From contig OX597834.1 in assembly GCA_951406725.2 (NCBI GenBank), positions 24,552,001 through 24,616,000 on the forward strand: 64,000 nucleotides of DNA. Direction: 5' to 3'. This document shows, piece after piece, positions 12,605 through 25,144 of the stretch (positions within the stretch are counted from its first letter, which is position 1; each line of letters starts with the position of its first letter). Source of the DNA: Octopus vulgaris. Taxonomy: Eukaryota. The translations under genes were made by a program, and so were the position numbers. The notes beneath the pieces were generated by a model. That model did not search any database and had not been told where the DNA came from. It was given only the letters and a program-made list of their open reading frames with translations.

Positions 12605-14074
12605 TTGACTCTCGAGCCATTATTGCGGAAGCTGGCAACTTTGAGGGGCATCCCGCGAGAACTGGGATGCGGGACGAGCGTGTCTGCATACGCGGACGAC
12701 GTCACCGTCATAGTGTCTAGCCACGAGCACATCGAGCAGGTCGGCGAGACACTGAAAAACTACGAAGCGGTGACAGGAGCGAAAATCAACCGGGAAAAGT
12801 CAGTGGGCTTGCGACTAGACACCTGGAGAAGCAAGCCCATGCCGTCCACCAGCGCCTCCGTCGTGGGACGCTGGACCGACGGCCCGGTTGAGTTGCTCGG
12901 GGTCTGGTTTGGTCCGGACCTCCAAGTGGAGAAGAACTGGAACGAGATAACGAGTAGGGTGGTCACTCTCGCCCGGCAATGGGCCGAGAGGAAACTGTCC
13001 CTAAAAGGTCGGGCGGAGGTGGCGAACACGTACATCGCGTCCGTCATCTACTACCGCCTGACCGTCGTACCTTGTCCCGACCCTACCATCACCAAACTAC
13101 AACGCATTCTCTTTCGCTTCTTGTGGAAAGGATGCGTCCCGATGGTCAGGCGATCCATTTGCTGTCAACACCCGCTAAAAGGAGGGCTGGGCATGCCGTG
13201 GTTGATGATGCGCAGACACGCGCTGAGACTGCGACATCTCTGGCTCTATGTAGACGACGGTGAACAGGTGTAGTCGCCGTTTGTGAGGCACGCTTTCCCG
13301 CAGCTCGTCTCCATGACCGAACTGCAGTCGTGGATCAAAAAGAGGCCGAGGAAGGGCGATTGGCACCGCGAGTGTCGCGTTGCTCTCAAGCAACTCTGCC
13401 GTCCCGGGTCGACCTTGAGTGACTTCAACACAACCAAAGCATTCTATAGGGGATTAGTGGAGGGGAGGTACGACGACGAGCTCGGGGCGAACCTGGACGT
13501 CGACGAGGAGTACCTGACCCGCCTGTTCAGGACGACTTTCGGGCCAGGGCCCATGGACAACTTCCAGAGATCCCTGGCCTGGCAGTGCTACCGAGAAGCG
13601 CTACCCGTTCGGGATAAGCTCTACAGACACGGCTCGAGAAACACGGGGCCGACCTGCCCGAGATGCGGTCAGAGCGACGAAACCGTTCTGCACGCACTCG
13701 TGCAGTGTCCAACAATTTCCGACCTGTGGGCTTATGTTGAACAACTGCTGTCACGTGTGGGACGAGTCGGTTTATCAGCTGAGTCTATCGTCAATATTGT
13801 CACGTCTCCTTCCTTCAAACGGGAAGGAAGAGCTATTTTCATCATCCTTGTGGCTATGGCGAAAGAATGTATCTGGTGGACGCGTCTGAAAGGATTGGAG
13901 ACAAACACTTTCCTCTCTGGTCAATCTCTCATCAACTTCTTCAAGTACCACTTGAAAAGGAAAGTGAGAGTAGAGAGGCAAGTTTTGTCTAGCGAATGTT
14001 TTAAAAAAAGATGGGTGAATGTAGCAAGGATGGCACGTATGAATGACGAAGCCACCTTGAGCATAATCCTATGA
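12605..14074 (+). pseudogene. ORF2 remnant of the Tx1-like LINE with a single in-frame TAG
   Basis: ORFs 12518-13273 and 13283-14074 share a frame and are separated only by TAG at 13271-13273 (probably TGG originally). Confidence 0.9.
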
Positions 14075-14535
14075 ACCCAGAAATTGAAAACAGAGGGTTA
14101 CCCACTTGCAAACAAATGTGGTAACATATAACAATATTGACCAAGGTTACCGTGGTCTTTTTCGTAGGCTTTTCTTCCCACGGATAAACCTTACTTGCTT
14201 TCCCCTTTACACCATATATCATAACACTGTGATACACGATCCCTATTGATCGTTCTTTTTTTTCCTCTTCCCCTTTTTTCCCCTTTTTTCTTCTTTTTTC
14301 ATTTCTCTTTCCTTTTGTTCCTTTTCCTCTTCTTTTTTTTCTTTTTATTCTTTTTATTTTATTCAATTTTTTTTTGTTTTTGTTCTTTTCTTCCCTTTTA
14401 CGATCACTCTTGATCGAAAACCTACGCCACCCCCCTTTTTTTTTGTTTTTTGTTCTCTTCACCCCCCAAAAGAAAAGCTCTACCTTGTAACTTGTCCCAT
14501 CTGTGTGCAGTCCTGTGTGGCCAATAAAGAAACTT
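12605..14535 (+). mobile_element. 5'-truncated Tx1/L1-clade LINE (C-terminal RT, zinc knuckle, 3' UTR)
   Basis: LTLEPLL, SAYADDVTV, GAKINREKS, LLGVWFG, LSLKGRA..N, KGGLG and CPRC..ETVLHALVQC. Pyrimidine-rich 3' UTR with AATAAA at 14523, followed by (TCTA)n. Confidence 0.95.
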
Positions 14536-14591
14536 ATCTAGCCATCGATCGATCGATCCATCGATCGATCCATCGATCGATCCATCGATCC

Positions 14592-14666
<75 letters not shown>

Positions 14667-14741
14667 ATCTATCACTTCACATTGAAATAGCACATAGCTT
14701 AGTCGGAATTATAAATACATAAAATTTTGCACGCGATGACT

Positions 14742-14778
<37 letters not shown>

Positions 14779-14966
14779 ATAAATAAATATAATGACGTAT
14801 TAATATGTAATGAAGAAAGTAAATGAAACAAAACCGAAAGGAAAAAAAAAGAACTGAGTAATGAGTTACTTTGTAGTCTGTGCCGAAGTCAGTGTTAGCT
14901 TAAACAACGTATGTGTTTATCTACAATCCAATGATTGGGCGTTGAATACTCGGATCACCTTCAGCT

Positions 14967-15040
<74 letters not shown>

Positions 15041-15043
<3 letters not shown>

Positions 15044-15352
15044 GCAAGTGTCTTCTACTATAGCCTTAGGCTGACCAAAGCCTTGTGAGTGGATTTGGTA
15101 GACAGAAACTGAAAGAAGCCCGTCGTATATATGTATCTGTGAGTATATGTTTGTGTGTCTATGTTTGTCCCCCCAACATCGCTTGACAACCGATGGTGGT
15201 GTGGTTAAGTCCCCGTAACTTAGCGGTTCGGCAAAAGAAACCGATAGAATAAGTACTAGGCTTATAAAGAATAAGTCCTGGGGTCGATTTGCTCGACTAA
15301 AAGGTGGTGCTCAGCATGGCCGCAATCAAATGACTGAAACAAGTAAAAGAGA
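15041..15352 (+). mobile_element. SINE family A, 5'-truncated at (TA)n
   Basis: Starts tgggcaagtgtcttctactatagcc; same body and tail as 7512-7965. Confidence 0.9.
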
Positions 15353-15409
<57 letters not shown>

Positions 15410-15411
15410 TA

Positions 15412-15605
15412 CACAGTTGAAATTTAGAGAAAACAAAAGATGAAGACAGGTGTATGAACAAGAAGCATGTGTATTAGTTTGACGCTCGGGAAAAGGAAAA
15501 CGTCTTTTACATTTCGAGCCAACGCTCTTCAACAGAAAGGATTAAGAGAACGAAAAACAGAGAGAATGAAAAAAGCCCGTAGATTTAGCGGTCAAACATG
15601 GCGAC
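15412..15605 (-). mobile_element. Penelope-like pseudo-LTR-type repeat with hammerhead-like motif (copy 3)
   Basis: Minus strand cttt-CTGTTGA-a-GAGC-gttg-GCTC-GAAA-TGTA-aaag (15540-15504); homologous to the copies at 11575-11968. Confidence 0.6.
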
Positions 15606-15984
15606 TGATTAGAGAAGGACTTTGAAGGAAGAGGTTAGAAGAAAGGGGAATAATAAAGTGCTGGTGATCCCAAATGAATGTGCGCGTGCGTGTGTGTGTA
15701 TGTGAGAATGATGTGCGTGAATATGGAAGTGTGTGTGTGAATAGAGGATAGGGACTTTGACGTGTGTGTGTGTATAAGTGTGTGCGTCTGTAACGTGTGG
15801 CTGCTCATATAGTGGTGTGTGTGGTGACGCTATTGATTGTATGTGGGTGTGTGGTGTGGGTGCTGGGAAGTGGTCAGTGCTAGTGTGGTGGTGTGGTGTT
15901 GGGTATGGATGTGGAGTGTGTGGTGTGTGTGGTAGGGTGTGGGATGTGGGTGTGTGTGGGGGTGTATGTATACATAGATAAATA

Positions 15985-16092
15985 TGGGGCTGCCTGCCTT
16001 GCCACTAGGGAGGCATCATTCGAAAGCTAAAACAATGCGAGGAAGAGCATTGTGACCAGCGATGTATAACCACATCTGACAGTCTGGTCTGC
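15985..16092 (+). mobile_element. Isolated SINE/LINE 3' tail fragment
   Basis: gctaaaacaatgcg...gcattgtgaccagcgatgt...catctgacagtctggtc matches the tail of the SINE at 57268-57555. Confidence 0.7.
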
Positions 16093-16157
16093 AATTTGAA
16101 TGTTTTGGCTTTCCATTGAGTATATTTTTCTTAAACTTTTAAACAAAAATATTTTCT

Positions 16158-16194
<37 letters not shown>

Positions 16195-16550
16195 CGAGGG
16201 AATATCTTCCATAAACGCGCGCGTACGCACTCACACACACACACTAATATGCGCGCGCATGCATGCAAACACATGATTGTGAAAAGTTATTTATTATTCA
16301 ATCATTTCTGATAATGAAGGATATTTCATATTGAATAATTTAACGAACGAAGCTCAACAACATACAGTTGCAGGACAGCTCCTTTATTATATTAGTTCCT
16401 CTTATTATTTTATTATATATTAGCTCATATCCTGGAGGCTTAAACAGATACTATTATCTAGCTATCTCATCCACTATCTCATCCACTATCCATCCCTCCA
16501 GCCCTCCACACACACACACAGGTGATTGATGACCAGATATTTTTACAGCT

Positions 16551-16649
16551 TCACTTAATTACGTCGATGGTTTCGCCTGTATAACTCTGAGAGCTTTTTA
16601 ACACTTCTTTAGCAGCTGCGAGGAACCTGTAGCTTCTCTCAGACAGAAA
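16551..16649 (-). CDS. Candidate host-gene coding exon FLSERSYRFLAAAKEVLKSSQSYTGETID(VIK*), protein unidentified
   Basis: Long polypyrimidine tract plus ttag acceptor on the minus strand, then an open non-repetitive frame. Ends either at a GAC|GTAATT donor (87 nt, 16563-16649) or at TGA (16553-16551). Confidence 0.4.
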   Translation of the reverse strand, partial: FLSERSYRFLAAAKEVLKSSQSYTGETIDVIK

Positions 16650-17294
16650 CTAAGAGAATGAGATGAAGGAGAAGTAGAGAAAGAAAAAGAGACAGACAAA
16701 GAGAGAGAGAGACATAGCAGGAAATATATATGAGAGGAATACAGGTCTATCGATTGATATAAGTATATCTATCTATCTATTTATACACTAACACACACAC
16801 ACACACACACACATATATAAAAGATATAGTGATCACCTAAGTGCAGTTAGCTTTTTTTGAACCCTGTCCAACCATAAAATACGATGAATGTGGCAATTTT
16901 CTTGATATTAAAGAACATGTTTTGGAGATTCCCATACACATTTTGGGTTGACAGAAACATATATATAGGTTTTTCTTACGTTTTATTCTTAACTTTTTTT
17001 GAGCTTTGTATCTGAAAGGAGTGTCAATGAAAAAGAGAAGGAAAGAAAGAAGGAAGAGAGAAAGAAGAAAAAATGTGTTTACATCTATACAGCTGGTCAT
17101 TTCTTTCAATAGAAAGTGATTATTGGCCTTTGAAAATGGCAAAACCAGGTGGATACTCCAAGGGGGGGGGGGGTTCTTGTTTTGATAAAAGTTATTTTTC
17201 AAAAGATTGTCTGGATTTCTTTTTATTATTGTCCAGTGAGAGAGAGTGTGTGTTTCCTTCTCTTTTCCATTGACACTTCTTTCAGATACAAAGG

Positions 17295-17341
<47 letters not shown>

Positions 17342-17604
17342 GCACTCAGATACACGCGCGCACACATGCACACGCACTCTCTCTCACTTTCTCCCCATTC
17401 CTCACCCTCTTTTACTATCCTATATCTCGCCACCCATACACACTCAATAATACTATAAAAAGAGACGAATCTCATCAAAAATTTCAAATCGGAAGAATCC
17501 GCTAGAGTGGATGCAAGCGCTAATATATGATTTATAAAAACATGTGACATATTAATAAAAATCTGTAAATATAAAGTCATCCAGATTTCTGAGTACCTTA
17601 TTTA

Positions 17605-17664
<60 letters not shown>

Positions 17665-17669
<5 letters not shown>

Positions 17670-18215
17670 TGAATATTGATATCTGGGTTTGCCTGTTGAA
17701 CTGCATACTTTAAATCCTCAGTCATGCCCTCACAATGTTTCATCCAAAGCTGTAGGAGACTGCCAAGTTGACACATATTCAATATAATTGCTAAAAGGTT
17801 ACAGAGTTTCCTTAGAGAATCTGATACTGATGCTTCAGTCAATGCAAGGTCCCAATGCTCATCATTTTCTAAAAAAAAACCTTGTTGATAGCATGCTTCC
17901 CTATAAGTTTCTCACATATGACCATTTACCCTCCTTGAATCTTGGAATGAATGGGAACATTGAAGATGCACCAAAAAGCCTCATTGGTACTAATGTATCT
18001 TCCTCTGTCATCTTCGTCATTTTTATTATCAGCTGACTGCCATTCTGGATGAGAGTGTATGTTGCAGCATCTAAACCTTTATTTATATATTTGCAAACAT
18101 ACTTAAAAGAGTTAACAGAGTTGCAGAATCCATCATTGATTCTGGTTACCTGTACTCGCTATTGCTTCCCTGTAGAATACTGTTCATCTACACCCTGCCT
18201 TCTCTTGTAGAGTGA
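17665..18215 (-). mobile_element. Helitron RepHel coding remnant with internal deletions
   Basis: Minus-strand translation gives FCNSVNSFKYVCKYINKGLD (Rep YxxKY motif), GRYISTNEAFWCIFNVPIH, TYREAC..LENDEHWDLALTEA and LCNLLAIILNMC..LW..MTEDL. Confidence 0.85.
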
Positions 18216-19067
18216 GAACATTGTTCTCGGAAACTTTTTCGAAAATTAAAATTGGGATTAAATGGAAAAATGAGTTCCGTGAATATCCTCACAAGAGTAA
18301 TTGAAATAAATGGCGATTGTGGAACACCCCACGTATACGCACATACATTATCGAATATCAGATTAAATGGACGTCTGTGAGAGAGAAGGGGTGTGTTGTT
18401 ATGTATACGTACATGCGTAAATAAATATGCATACATCTTTGTGCGTGTGTGTGTGTATGAGAGAGAGAGAGAGAGAGAATGTGTCTGAATGCCACTAAGA
18501 CATCACTCTCTCGCTCTCTGTCACACACACACATACATATAAAAAAGATGTATGCTCATGTATTTATGTATGGACGTATATATGACAACACAGTCTCACA
18601 GTCTCTTTCTCTCACAAACACACACATACATAAATGTATACAAACGTACTTATGACAACACACGTGTGCGTGTGTGACTGACTTGTGTGTGTGCGAGAGA
18701 GGGGGGTTGAGAGAGAAGATTGCGAACAATGACTGAAACAAACAGTAAATGAAAAAGTCATATAAATAAAAGCTCTTGTACGGAATGTTTAAATTTGTGA
18801 ACTTAGTAAATATTTCTTTCAGTAATTTATTGTAGTTGTTTGCAAATACTGAATTAAAACTTGAAATGAAAACGTCAAAATAGAGAGTGAAGCTTTTTGC
18901 CGTTGCTACGTCAATACTGGAAGTTGACATTGAGACGCCATTTTAAAGACGTGAATCATATACATAAATCAATATTATTTATTTTTAATTAAAAAAATAT
19001 CAAACGAAGAGCCTAACATTTGTCCGAGATTTTGGCCAGTTGTATAGTAACTGTACTCTGTCTAATT

Positions 19068-19328
19068 GGTTTCCAAACGTTATCAAGCTGCCGTCCTCTT
19101 CGTACTCAGACCACATTCCTAGCGCCCCACCCCTGTACTCACCACTTTCTGCAGTAAATTCAAATAACTGTTGTTCACAATTAAAACATCCTAATCAACC
19201 TGCTATTTTGTTGTTACCCCATTACTATTTTGTTGTTACTCCATTATCTCCTTCACTTTTCTTCAGTGCTCTCATGGAGCTTTACATCGCTCCCAGAGAG
19301 ACAGTATTGCCCACTTTGGGAACCACTG
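19068..19328. mobile_element. hAT-type MITE with 8-bp target-site duplication
   Basis: Right end tttgggaaccactg, degraded left end ggtttccaaa; gtctaatt repeated at 19060-19067 and 19329-19336. Confidence 0.65.
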
Positions 19329-20002
19329 GTCTAATTTAATCTGTCTTACAGCTTGATCTTCCACATCGTGAATTAGATTGAGAATCTGGTGAGTTACAGT
19401 GCCATTTCAAAATGTAACATCCTTTCAACAGCAGCTCAACGATAGTTACAAAAACTAGTTTATAAGAAACCCACAGTACGTGAGTACGTCCGTGTGGGTC
19501 TGCGCGTGCGCGTGTGTGCTTGTAAAGTGCGACACTTCAAAGAAAAGTCTCCGACGGCCAGCTGAAATCAATATATTTCCTGTTAAAGAATTCTTTCAAC
19601 TTTCAACTAATTTAATTATGCTTTCTAGTTCAATAATTTGACAGTTTCATTATATCATCACTTAAAACATTTCCACAAATCCCACTCTGCGATTTGGTCA
19701 CTACCTCGGTGACTGAACCAAATTGAACGTATAACGGATCGTATACCCGGGTACAGTTTCCACTCAATACTTTTGGCAGTTAATCCCTCGAATTCTTTAA
19801 TATTGTTGACGCCATGAAATTCAAAATGTCTGTGTTTTAACCACCGTATGTCTCGCTTTTATAAAAAGCTCCAATAGTCCACGATCATATATCTAACTAA
19901 TGATTAAATATACTATATTTAATCATATACAGCTCCTAAGTGATAAAGATTATATATAAATTATACACAACTTCCAGACGTATGGTTATTTTATAAAATT
20001 GG

Positions 20003-20401
20003 TTTGAAATTTTGAAACAAGTCCAGAATTTTTGAGGGAGGCGCGAAGTCGATTACAGCAGTCCCAGCGCTCTACTAGTATTTATTTTATCAAACTCGAA
20101 AGGTAAAGCCGATGTCAGTAGAATTTGAACTCAGTACTTAAAGACGGAAGAAATACTGCTAACGATTCTTGTTTCTTTATTGCCCACAAGGGGCTAAACA
20201 TAGAGGGGACAAACAAGAACAGACAAAGGGATTAAGTCGATTACATCGACCCCAGTGTGTAACTGGCACTTAATTTATCGACCCCGAAAGGATGAAAGGC
20301 AAAGTCGACCACGGCGGAATTTGAACTCAGAACGCAACGGCAGACGAAATACGGCTACGCATTTTGCCCGGTGCGCTAACGATTCTTCCAGCTCGCCGCC
20401 T
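20003..20401 (-). mobile_element. SINE family B, dimeric or nested (same architecture as 5052-5422)
   Basis: An older degraded core and tail joined to a younger full copy with the tttctttattgcccacaaggggctaaac tail. Confidence 0.85.
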
Positions 20402-20439
20402 TTTATTTTTAGAATAAAATATCAAATCAAATAATAAAC

Positions 20440-20592
20440 AGGCACAAGCATGGGTGCGTGGTTAAGAAGCTCGCTTTGCAACCATGTGATTTCAGGTTCT
20501 ATATCTTGGGCTTAGTATATTCTACTATAGCCGCAGATTGATCAAAGCCTTGTGAGTGAATTTGATCGACAGAAAGTGTGAGGATGCATGTC

Positions 20593-20595
<3 letters not shown>
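20440..20595 (+). mobile_element. SINE family A, degraded 5' half
   Basis: ggcacaagcatgggtgcgtggttaagaagc...ttctactatagcc...aaagccttgtgagtg. Confidence 0.75.
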
Positions 20596-20630
<35 letters not shown>

Positions 20631-20804
20631 ATGTATGTATACATACATGCATATTCATATATCTGGAAGTTCAATGTTATGACCGGTCATAAAGTGACCA
20701 CTAGTTTCGCACCTATAAAGCAATTAGCATTATATGCGGCTTTCAGAATCAAATGGCCGAGGGCGCATAACCTCTCTAGAGGAAGGAACATGTCACGATA
20801 TATT

Positions 20805-21212
20805 CTCTCTTTTACTCTATTTTACTTGTTTCAGTCATTTGACTGCGACATTGTTGAAGCACCGCCTTTTTCGAGCAAATCGACCGCAGGACTTATTCTT
20901 TGTAAGCCTTGTACTTATTCTATTGTTCTCTTTTTGCCGAACTGATAAGTTACAACGACGTACACACACTACCATCGGTAGTCAAGCGATGTTGGGGGGA
21001 CAAACACAGACACACAAACATATACACACACATACACATATATAAACATATATACGACGGGCTTCTTTCAGTTTCCGTCTACCAAATCCACTCACAAGGC
21101 TTTGGTCGGCCCGAGGCTATAGCAGAAGACAATTTCGCAATGTGCCACGCAGTGGGACTGAACCCGGAACCATGTGGTTCGTAAGCAAGCTACTTACCAT
21201 ACAGCCACTCCT
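20805..21212 (-). mobile_element. SINE family A, near full length
   Basis: Reverse complement of the 7512-7965 sequence. Confidence 0.9.
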
Positions 21213-21549
21213 GATATTTGATATATATATATGTATATATAAATATATAAAGAGAATAAATGAAGTTAAAAACGTACTTGCATATATGAGGATTCCCTTG
21301 CATTTTGATATGTGTGTGTGTTTGTGTGTGTTTGTGTGTGTGTGCGTGTGTGTATGTGTGTGTTTCATATTTGAATTTGAAAAGTGTATATATGTTGACC
21401 TATATCGCAAACTGTATCTTTTCTGGTCGTTGTTCTAAAAATAATTAGTTTTGACAGAGAAAATGCGGCGAGATTGCTATTAGTAAGCGTAAAGATTGAT
21501 TAGTTTATGGTTACTTGATGAGATAACGGAATTTTCTGCTTTCTGTCGG

Positions 21550-22550
21550 TACTCATACCAAACTTAGGCCTTCTTCATTGGACGCTTGATGAGATCCAAG
21601 CTATCGATGTGAAAACTCGAAAAATACTGGCAAGCACACGAAATTTCTACATAAACAGTGACGTAGACCACCTCTACCTAAAACGAAAACAAGGCGGCAG
21701 ATCTAAAATGCCTTTAAATGTCGTACCATATCCCTTCGGCAACATCTTTTAATCATCATGTCTCGAAGTGACCAGATTCGCATACATGAGGCTGATGACA
21801 ACAGAACTTGAAAAGTAGCTCCTTGAGCAACATTCCTTGTTTGACGACCTAAAATATATGCCCAAAGATGAGCAGTCTATCATGGACCAATAGCCGGATT
21901 ACTACCTCCCACTTTGAAGGGTATGCGTTTGCAATCTAAGAACAGGAAATATCAACCAAATACCTGATGCACAAAAGGGATAGAGATGCAGGAAAATGTG
22001 ACAACCGATGCAGAGTTTATGAAGTTAACACCGAAAATATCCCTTACATCATAAGCAGTTGCCCAAAAATATCATCACGGTATTATCAACCGATGAGACA
22101 TGACGTTGTAGCTAGGACACTCCGTCGGAAGGATAACCCCCAAGGACAAAGAAATAAGAACCCACAATATGGTAGAAGCTATAGCCACTCATAATAAAAA
22201 GGACTACTGGTGGAATGTCCCAATGAAGACCTCAATAAAATGTAAGCACAACAGACCTAGTATAATGATTTGGCTTGAGAAGAGAAATTGTGCACAGTTG
22301 TGGAAATTAGCTGCCCAGCGGATGTTAACTTAAAGCTGAAGATCAGTGGAAAAGAGAACACCTATGCTGAACTATTGAGAAATCTACAGTTTATCTATCC
22401 AGATTACAAGTTCAGGTAATTATTGGGGCCCTGAGATATGTAACACATTGCCTAAATACTAATCTTGAAAAATTAGGCTTCTCGAAAACAGGAAGGAGAA
22501 ACCAAATTCGAAGATTACACTGGAACTGTAAAAATCTGTAAAACTTTCCG
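21550..22550 (+). pseudogene. Degraded R4/Dong-like RLE LINE, C-terminal part
   Basis: WTLDEIQAIDVKTRKIL..SDVDHLYLKRKQGGR, CRVY..ENIPYIISSCP..RHD, WWNVP..KHNRP and VVEISCP..KENTY, with frameshifts. Confidence 0.85.
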
Positions 22551-22845
22551 AAAGGTGGGGTGAGGGATAGGTGAAAAGAAACATGCTGATATTTGTGAAA
22601 TATTCTTTATTCAACTTCATATTCTTTATTCAACTTCATATTCTTTATTCGACGGGGTCACGTTTACAACAATGAATGCCAGGACGAGGTAGCGGCAAAT
22701 TGGTTTGGGCTTGTTTTTAGCCGCCATATTTACGTAATCTCTTCTGGGCTTTTTCTAAGCAACATCTACTATAAATCAAGTTATCTATTGGTGACAGAGG
22801 CGCGTCACCTTAACATTGCTGGCAGTGTGCCAAAATTTGAAACTA

Positions 22846-22996
22846 TTTTTCTTCTTCTTCTTCTTCTTCTTCTTCTTCTTCTTCTTCTTCTTCTTCTTCT
22901 TCTTCTTCTTCTTCTTCTTCTTCTTCTTCTTCTTCTTCTTCTTCTTCTTCTTCTTCTTCTTCTTCTTCTTCAACAACAACAACAATAACAACAGCA

Positions 22997-23070
<74 letters not shown>
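22846..23070. repeat. (TTC)n-(CAA)n-(CTA)n compound microsatellite
   Basis: Perfect trinucleotide runs. Confidence 0.95.
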
Positions 23071-23071
<1 letters not shown>

Positions 23072-23530
23072 TATATTCACTGGTTAACAAAATGTGGGAC
23101 GCTAGCAGTAATTGCTGAGTCAACACTAATTAAAGCTGCTATATTAAACGTAATTAAGAAGGGCTGTCACCACCTGTCCGCCTCTATCAAGTGTTTAACG
23201 TAACCCCTATCAAAACATAGTAAATGTGAAACCCACCTCCTTTACGCAACACCAATTAAAAGCCTATTATAAACACTATCAAAATATACTAATTAGAATA
23301 TCTATTTCTTTGTACCTTTATTAAACAGTTTGTTGTTATTCTTTTGCTATAACGAGAATAGGATTTGCCCAATCATTTTATTATTGCACTGACTGATACT
23401 TAAAGATCGGTGACCAATTAAAACAGAAATTTACTAAGCTGAGTTAAAATATGTTTTTAGTTCAACAACACCGTGATGTCTGAGAGTCTTCTTACACCTG
23501 TAAATCGTTTGTTATGAATACACGTCATGA

Positions 23531-23745
23531 AGGCGCGTGGCGAAGTGGTTAGGGCGTTTGTTTTGATATCATAAAGTCGTGAGTTTGATACCCGAAGGCG
23601 CGTTGTTTCCTTGAGCAAGGCGTTTGATTTTTCGTTGCCTCAGTCCACTCAGCTGGCAAAAATGAGTTGTACAATTTCACGAGCAGGCTGTTCCGTTGTT
23701 CGGATCAACTGGAACACTTGAGGTGGCTTTGACTAACGGGGCACA
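23531..23745 (+). mobile_element. tRNA-derived SINE with a V/Meta-like core and a tail shared with the 48848 SINE
   Basis: Head ggcgcgtggcgaagtggttaggg, core ccttgagcaagg...cagtccactcagctggcaaaaatgagt, tail aatttcacgagcaggctgttccgttg...ggatcaac. Confidence 0.75.
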
Positions 23746-24888
23746 CAATAAGGTGGAAAAACAGCGGTATCTCAAATCCCCTTTACACCAGTGAGTTGCA
23801 TGTTATGAACACATGCCGTTTAAAGGAGGAATGGTTCTCCGATGACGGAAAATAACAACTCTCAGATATACGCGTTCGAATCTACCAGATAGTAGGGAGA
23901 ATGAATAGGTACGTTACTATTTGGATTATCGCTGTTCTGCATACATCTCATAAATTATCATTTTTTGTTTCTTTAATGGAAGCAAGCAGGAGCAACCAGC
24001 AGGAGGCGGGGTTCGCGCACAGGCATACCCGGCAACTATAGACATACCCGGCGACTTGAGTAGCACTGTTCTAATCTGTTGTCTTCTTTTGTTACTTCTT
24101 TGCTAAATACAATGCCAAATTCTGTTTGATTTCAGTAAAACCGACGCCCTTTCTCTATTAATGATGATGATAATTGTCTCCACCAATTCCTGCGTAATTA
24201 ATTTACTATCTTTTACCTGAAATCTTCACTTCCGGGAAAGATCCAGTCTGTTTCTTGTACATGAGACCTTGTTCATTAACCTTGTCTAAGTTACCTGTAT
24301 ACATCTCGAATTTATGATCTGTATAGCATACTATCCAAAAGTGTGCTCCGTCTATATACGGTGTGAACGATCCGTTGTGGTTTGGTCAGATTCACACTGC
24401 TTGTCAAAATGTTCGCAATCCTATTGCATGTTTTTGAAACTTTTGCACTTGCGTCTCCTGCTGTGTACTTCATCACAACCCCTGCGTGCGTTTATGATGC
24501 CACTGCAGTTGCCCACTAACATTAACGAGTTAGATGCTTCTAGGAAAGCCTATAAATATTTGAAGAAAACCGTCCTCTCGAGGTATAAGCGATAACCTAT
24601 ATAAAAACTCTACAGCTATTAATATCGCTGTTCACGACTAGAACCAGCGACCTACAACCCGAATTTTGGAAGATCGAGATTACTCCTAAATCCATTCCCT
24701 TCCAAATCAATACTTATATACCACATGATCCGGATCAGCATGAAGGAAACGGGGCCAGTGTGTTTTTGAAATTTTCATATGTGTTTTAGGGTGATTTGAA
24801 ATTTGATAAATGTGAACAAGTTCCCCGTCCCCCCCATCTCACGCATTAGTCCGGCTGTATTTCATGCTCGTAATATTCGTGTCATTGT

Positions 24889-25100
24889 AAGGCGGCAGGC
24901 TGGCAGAATCGTTAGCACACCCGACAAAATGCTTAGGGGCATTTCAGCCATCTTTACGTTCTGAGTTCAAATACCATCAAGGTCGACTTTGCTTTTTATC
25001 CTTTCGGGGTCAATAAAATAAGCAGTAGTTGAGCACTGGAGTCAATATAATCGACTTACCCCTTCTCTCGAAATTTCTTGCCCTGTGCCAAAATTTAAAT
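24889..25100 (+). mobile_element. SINE family B
   Basis: ggcggcaggctggcagaatcgttagc...ctgagttcaaatacc...atcctttcggggtcaataaaataag. Confidence 0.85.
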
Positions 25101-25144
25101 GTAAGTCTTTCTTAAGCACTACTCTACCAGCTGTTTCCTTGGTT

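Noticed and set aside
16001-16015. CTCF-like gccactagggaggca
   Set aside because: Spacing is off by one and it lies within a SINE tail fragment.
17113-17148. Possible 36-nt plus-strand micro-exon after ttttctttcaatag
   Set aside because: Weak donor (gtggat) and opposite strand to the better candidate at 16551-16649; no further support.
22601-22650. 19-bp tandem repeat of about 2.5 copies
   Set aside because: Ordinary local slippage duplication with no further structure.
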